Part shown: positions 60,250 to 64,000 of the stretch, in pieces
Position numbering within the stretch: the first letter of the stretch is position 1
How the letters are laid out: each line of letters starts with the position of its first letter
IMG/VR virus record: IMGVR_UViG_3300045988_080038
Span: 1 to 64,000 of that record
Direction: 5' to 3' (one strand)
From: a virus
DNA: 64,000 bases
Translations under genes and position numbers: made by a program
Notes under the pieces: generated by a model
What the model was told of the DNA's origin: nothing
Databases searched by the model: none
The model's input: only the letters and a program-made list of their open reading frames with translations

Positions 60250-60321
60250 CGGCGCATGTGGGATTCGAACCCACGCATGCCGGAGTCAAAGTCCGGTGCG
60301 TTACCGCTTCGCCAATGCGCT
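60250..60321 (-). tRNA. tRNA-Gln (UUG)
   Basis: CCGGA-CTTTGAC-TCCGG anticodon arm, AAGCGGTAA D loop, GTGGG-TTCGAAT-CCCAC T arm. A1:C72 is unpaired. Confidence 0.8.
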
Positions 60322-60337
60322 ATGTTGCGGCAGTCGC

Positions 60338-60538
60338 TCAACCCTGCCGCACGTGATATACTTCAAAAACACCATTGATATATTTATGTTTTCCCTGGAA
60401 CGCCTGTATCAGTCGTAACTCATTTGGAGGAAATTTGGTTTTGGATATCTGTTTCATTATTATAAATCCGTACTGATACAGGCTATCTAGGGATTTCATG
60501 CCTCGTCCTGTCCGTGATGAACCTTCCTCCAAGTCCAT
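60338..60538 (-). CDS. hypothetical protein
   Basis: 66-aa ORF. Confidence 0.4.
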   Translation of the reverse strand: MDLEEGSSRTGRGMKSLDSLYQYGFIIMKQISKTKFPPNELRLIQAFQGKHKYINGVFEVYHVRQG

Positions 60539-60639
60539 ACGGCGAGGGCTTTACCTTTGCTTTTATTATTTTAATCCGCTCTACCAATATCAGCGGAATT
60601 AAAACCATTGGAAATGCCAGTAACATTTATTTCACCTCA

Positions 60640-60807
60640 CAGGGATGTTAAAAATAAAATCACGCTTATTCCGGTTCCGACAAGGATCATCGAACAAGCG
60701 GCAGATTCCCATTTGTCTTTATTGTTATTTGTCACGATCTCGGAACTTGCCGAAACGAACATCAGAACATTGATTGCAAGTGCAATTATCGTAAATATCG
60801 TCCTCAT
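60640..60807 (-). CDS. 55-aa membrane peptide
   Basis: GGAGGAG RBS and ATGA coupling. MRTIFTIIALAINVLMFVSA...ILVGTGISVILFLTSL. Preferred over the plus-strand ORF 60608-60826. Confidence 0.45.
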
Positions 60808-61187
60808 CGTTCTCCTCCAATCATGAAATCAAGAATCTTTTCTGCTGTCTCTTCTTCAGGCTCAAATGGAAGCCCACATGTAGAATAGATTTCCAGAGCC
60901 GATTTCAGGCTTGATTTGAAGCCTTGGTATATTTCTCCATGTTGAAGCAGTTCGTGTCTTAAAACTGAAATTGCATCAGTAATTGATTTAGAGCTAACAC
61001 TAATCTGTGCCAGACATTCCATTTCGATATCCGGGCTCCCCATCATTTCAAAGTTAAACGTCGGTACTTCATCGACCGCAACATGAAAATCAACTGATTT
61101 TACCCTCGGTACTTTATGTTCGTCAATAAAGTACTGTGTCCCTCTCCAGTCATACGGATTCGGATTTACAATCTTCACAACAGACAT
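60804..61187 (-). CDS. hypothetical protein
   Basis: AGGAAAGGGGA RBS before MSVVKIVNPNPYDW.... Confidence 0.55.
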   Translation of the reverse strand: MSVVKIVNPNPYDWRGTQYFIDEHKVPRVKSVDFHVAVDEVPTFNFEMMGSPDIEMECLAQISVSSKSITDAISVLRHELLQHGEIYQGFKSSLKSALEIYSTCGLPFEPEEETAEKILDFMIGGER

Positions 61188-61413
61188 TTTCGTATCCCCT
61201 TTCCTGTGCGTTACAGTACACCAGAAGGTGCTCTGCGATTTCCTGAAGCTGAACCGGGTCGTATTTCGGAATTGCAACCAATTTACCTTCAAGCATCGGG
61301 GATAGTGGTGCGAATACCGGTGCGTCCGTAACAATCGTTGCTTTTATCAACATAGCTGCTACGTCAACTGGCTCTGACGGTAACAGCTCATAGATTTCTT
61401 TTGTTTCATTCAT
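61150..61413 (-). CDS. hypothetical protein
   Basis: 87-aa ORF. Confidence 0.5.
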   Translation of the reverse strand: MNETKEIYELLPSEPVDVAAMLIKATIVTDAPVFAPLSPMLEGKLVAIPKYDPVQLQEIAEHLLVYCNAQERGYENVCCEDCKSESV

Positions 61414-61838
61414 GCTTCTTCTACCTCCCCGAAATATTCTCTATACAATTCATATCCATTTTTTCCCATTATGGCCCTAACATTATCTTCCCGCTCTGTC
61501 CGAAGATCGTTATATGTAATAATTATTTTTACGATCTGCATACGAAATTCGCCAACATCTTCTATTGCTTCATCTTTTATCTCGGTCTCTTCATCGGCAG
61601 AAAACCATCTCCCATGCGGTGACAAAAAATAGGCTCTGCGCTTTGATACGTTAAACGTGACTTCCTGTAAAGATGTATAATCAACAAATGCTTTTTTTGA
61701 AGCGGATGTATCATATAACTTTCCATCTTCCAGAACAGTTCTTATATGGTGATATACATATGTTCTATAATGGTCCAAAGGCTTTTCTCCCGGTCCTTCA
61801 GAAGACCTTTTTTGTTTTTTTAAAAATTTTTCAAGCAT
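61410..61838 (-). CDS. hypothetical protein
   Basis: 142-aa ORF. Confidence 0.55.
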   Translation of the reverse strand: MLEKFLKKQKRSSEGPGEKPLDHYRTYVYHHIRTVLEDGKLYDTSASKKAFVDYTSLQEVTFNVSKRRAYFLSPHGRWFSADEETEIKDEAIEDVGEFRMQIVKIIITYNDLRTEREDNVRAIMGKNGYELYREYFGEVEEA

Positions 61839-61848
61839 CGTCTTTTAC

Positions 61849-61998
61849 CTACCTTTTCCAAAAATACTGTGTCAAGGCTTCACGGGTAATCTGTGACACA
61901 CTTTTGCCGGTTCGGTTCTTTTCGGCTATAAGTCTTTGCTCCAGTTGGTACGGCAACCGGATACGAATGGATTCGCCTTGTGGATTATTCTTTTTCAT
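61849..61998 (-). CDS. ribbon-helix-helix (CopG/Arc-like) protein
   Basis: MKKNNPQGESIRIRLPYQLEQRLIAEKNRTGKSVSQITREALTQYFWKR has a beta strand followed by two helices. Confidence 0.5.
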   Translation of the reverse strand: MKKNNPQGESIRIRLPYQLEQRLIAEKNRTGKSVSQITREALTQYFWKR

Positions 61999-62009
61999 AG
62001 GATGTATCC

Positions 62010-62477
62010 TCAACTTACTATTTCCACTGGATAACCTAGCTTTTCTTCAAGCTCAGCTACCGTTATTTTACGTGGCTTATTTAATTTGATTTTCACATCT
62101 TGAACCGCACCATCTTTGTTTTTAGCAATCCCGCGCCCAGTGTATATATCAGTTTCTTCATTAGCGTATACACCGAGATGATTGTATCCATATGTACGGC
62201 ACCACCTAGCAGCCAAATCAGAAATTTTCATCAATTCTTCCAACTCATTCCCGAATAAATGAGAATATAATATAGCTCGATCATACATTTCCTGTGTTAC
62301 TGCTGACAGCGCAATCACGCTTTTATACGGACTTCCGATAAAACGGAAAAATCTGCATGATTCCATTACTTTTTCGCCTTTCGGAAGTGCAAAGCCTTGA
62401 GAAATTGCCATCTTAAGAAGCTTCGCTGATTCAACATCGCTTTCTGTGATAACACACTTATTTGTAAAGTCTATCAT
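62010..62477 (-). CDS. hypothetical protein
   Basis: 155-aa ORF coupled to the recombinase gene. Confidence 0.55.
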   Translation of the reverse strand: MIDFTNKCVITESDVESAKLLKMAISQGFALPKGEKVMESCRFFRFIGSPYKSVIALSAVTQEMYDRAILYSHLFGNELEELMKISDLAARWCRTYGYNHLGVYANEETDIYTGRGIAKNKDGAVQDVKIKLNKPRKITVAELEEKLGYPVEIVS

Positions 62478-63061
62478 TACTGTTCCCCTCCCAACATTTT
62501 ATATAGTGTTCCTCTTGACACTCCCATGATTTCGGCAAACTGAACTTTGGTAATTTCCCCAGCCTGCCATCTTTGCTTTGTTTTCTCGAAGAGTTCTTTA
62601 TCTACCTCTTTTTTTGCTCGTCCTTTATATTTCCCTTGAGCTTTTGCAATCGCAATTCCTTCTTTCTGTCTCTGACGAATATTTTCACGCTCTCTCTGAG
62701 CTACGTATGAAAGAAGCTGCAATACAATATCAGCAATCAGAGTCCCGGTCAAATCTTTGTTTTGCGTGGTGTTAAGTAATGGCATGTCCTGAACAACGAT
62801 ATCTGCTTCAATCTCTTTTGTAATTTTTCTCCACTCAGCTATAATTTCTTCGTAATTCCTTCCAAGTCGATCAATGGAATGGATCACCAGTACGTCGCCT
62901 TTTTGAAGGGAAGCAATCATCTTCTGGTACTCAGGACGGTTGAAATCCTTGCCGGACTTCTTATCCATATAAATTTTATCGACGCCTTCTTCTCTCAATG
63001 CCTCCATCTGTCTCGCTTCGTTCTGCTCTACTGTCGATACTCTTGCATATCCTATCTTCAT
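62477..63061 (-). CDS. small serine recombinase (resolvase/invertase family)
   Basis: MKIGYARVSTVEQNEARQ...VLVIHSIDRLGRN, plus a C-terminal HTH, AEIMGVSRGTLYKML. Confidence 0.85.
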   Translation of the reverse strand: MKIGYARVSTVEQNEARQMEALREEGVDKIYMDKKSGKDFNRPEYQKMIASLQKGDVLVIHSIDRLGRNYEEIIAEWRKITKEIEADIVVQDMPLLNTTQNKDLTGTLIADIVLQLLSYVAQRERENIRQRQKEGIAIAKAQGKYKGRAKKEVDKELFEKTKQRWQAGEITKVQFAEIMGVSRGTLYKMLGGEQ

Positions 63062-63198
63062 ATATACACGCCCCCGTTTCTTTATGGCTTAATTATACAC
63101 CATAGGGTGTGTTATATCAATAGTAAAATACACGTTTGAGTGAATTTTATTTGATTTTTATAACATTTGCGTTTATTATGTAGTTAGGAGGTGTTACT

Positions 63199-63432
63199 AT
63201 GGTATCTCAAAAAGTTAAGCAAATCATGAAGCTGAAGAAAATAACAAACATTCAAGTGGCTGAGCATCTAGGTACTTCACCACAAGCACTTGCAAACAAG
63301 TTTTCCAGAGAAACGCTTTCTGCAAATGAGCTTATAGCAATTCTGGATTTTCTTGGATGCCAGATTGCCGTTGAAGCAATTCCAGATGTTATTGTGAAAT
63401 TTAATAGTGCCGATCTCAAAAGGGAACCGTAA
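63199..63432 (+). CDS. XRE-family HTH protein
   Basis: KKITNIQVAEHLGTSPQALANKFSRE. RBS TAGGAGGTG. Confidence 0.6.
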   Translation: MVSQKVKQIMKLKKITNIQVAEHLGTSPQALANKFSRETLSANELIAILDFLGCQIAVEAIPDVIVKFNSADLKREP

Positions 63433-63445
63433 TGGTTCTCTTTTT

Positions 63446-64000
63446 TTATGCCCTAACCAGTCCTTGTCCCTGTAGTAACAGTCGAAATGTTTCCTTGCCT
63501 TTTATAGTGATATATGTTTGAACATTTGAATACCCATAAGGCGTTGAAAAATCTTTCATCTGGAAAAGCCCTGACTTTCGATGCTGTTCGTATGGTTTTA
63601 TGATATTGTGCCGGTCTCGATAAATATACCCGTTATCTGACAGCCATTTCGTAAGCGTCTTGGGTGGCATGTGAAATTCTTTCGCAGCGTCCCGAAATGT
63701 TGTGAGCAGTCTATTGTCTACAAGAGAATCGAAGTACTCCGCTTTGGGCTTCTGCTCCTGCACTTTCTGTTCAAGTAACTGCTTTTCCTGCTGTTCTTCA
63801 ATCCATCTTTTAGCTCGCTCTATCGGATCAGCTATCTGGTAAGAATCTTGTTTCTGACCAACTTCATACTTTCCGGTTTTACGGATAGAAGGAAGGACTT
63901 CTGCTGTTACCCAATGTTTAAATCTTTTTGCAGAATCGAGTTTGCTTGATAGTATAAGTGAAAACAAACCGCTCTCATTTATCACGATTGTTTCCTGTAC
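63446..64000 (-). CDS. antirepressor (Bro-N C-terminal part + ANT/KilAC-like domain); N-terminus lies beyond the right edge
   Basis: INESGLFSLILSSKLDSAKRFKHWVTAEVLPSIRKTG.... The frame stays open to position 64000. Confidence 0.7.
   Translation of the reverse strand, partial: VQETIVINESGLFSLILSSKLDSAKRFKHWVTAEVLPSIRKTGKYEVGQKQDSYQIADPIERAKRWIEEQQEKQLLEQKVQEQKPKAEYFDSLVDNRLLTTFRDAAKEFHMPPKTLTKWLSDNGYIYRDRHNIIKPYEQHRKSGLFQMKDFSTPYGYSNVQTYITIKGKETFRLLLQGQGLVRA

Noticed and set aside
60608-60826. 72-aa plus-strand ORF
   Set aside because: The opposite strand has a 55-aa membrane peptide with a GGAGGAG RBS and ATGA coupling to the upstream gene. That is more plausible in this minus-strand operon.
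1-64000. CRISPR arrays, rRNA genes, IS elements with terminal inverted repeats
   Set aside because: I saw no regularly spaced direct repeats, no rRNA-like sequence and no transposase ORF anywhere in the window.

Overview
The whole 64-kb window looks like a temperate, siphovirus-type phage or prophage genome from a Firmicutes/Clostridia-like host. I saw no clear host housekeeping genes, and more than 90% of the coding sequence is on the minus strand. Reading right to left, the layout is as follows. 64000-60300: accessory and regulatory genes (Bro-N antirepressor, XRE regulator, small serine recombinase, RHH protein). 60321-59216: a tRNA array with atypical tRNA-like RNAs. 58753-55426: small unknown genes plus a second antirepressor. 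55358-24214: the late morphogenesis operon, in the order TerL, portal, scaffold, decoration, lambda-E-like capsid, connectors, tube, G/GT chaperone with -1 frameshift, 1595-aa tape measure, and a 1449-aa fibre with an S74 chaperone domain. Several foreign-looking modules interrupt this operon. 23989-21562: tyrosine integrase and a multidomain endolysin. 17613-21542: a plus-strand moron island with secreted proteins and an orphan LytTR response regulator. 16870-17596: a CI/Cro-type switch with a consensus promoter and three 19-bp palindromic operators. 16856-1: the leftward early operon (antirepressor, RecT, SMC/SbcC-like ATPase, OB-fold protein, SSB, GIY-YIG nuclease, DNA methyltransferase, Lar-like protein, two DUF551 proteins). 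The best-supported special system is a complete diversity-generating retroelement (DGR) at 6392-9196. It has a reverse transcriptase, an Avd-like protein, a 69-nt template repeat and two variable repeats in two tandem small paralogous target genes. It sits in the early/recombination region rather than in a tail-fibre gene. Other points of interest: a metallo-beta-lactamase (MBL)-fold gene broken by an in-frame TAA inside its HxHxDH motif; odd tRNA-like elements; an accessory island with its own promoter and leader terminator inside the tail module; an orphan block of low-complexity, Cys-rich proteins inside the head-tail operon; and intrinsic terminators punctuating the late operon. All calls come from reading the sequence and the ORF translations. 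No database search was run, so family names are motif-based inferences.
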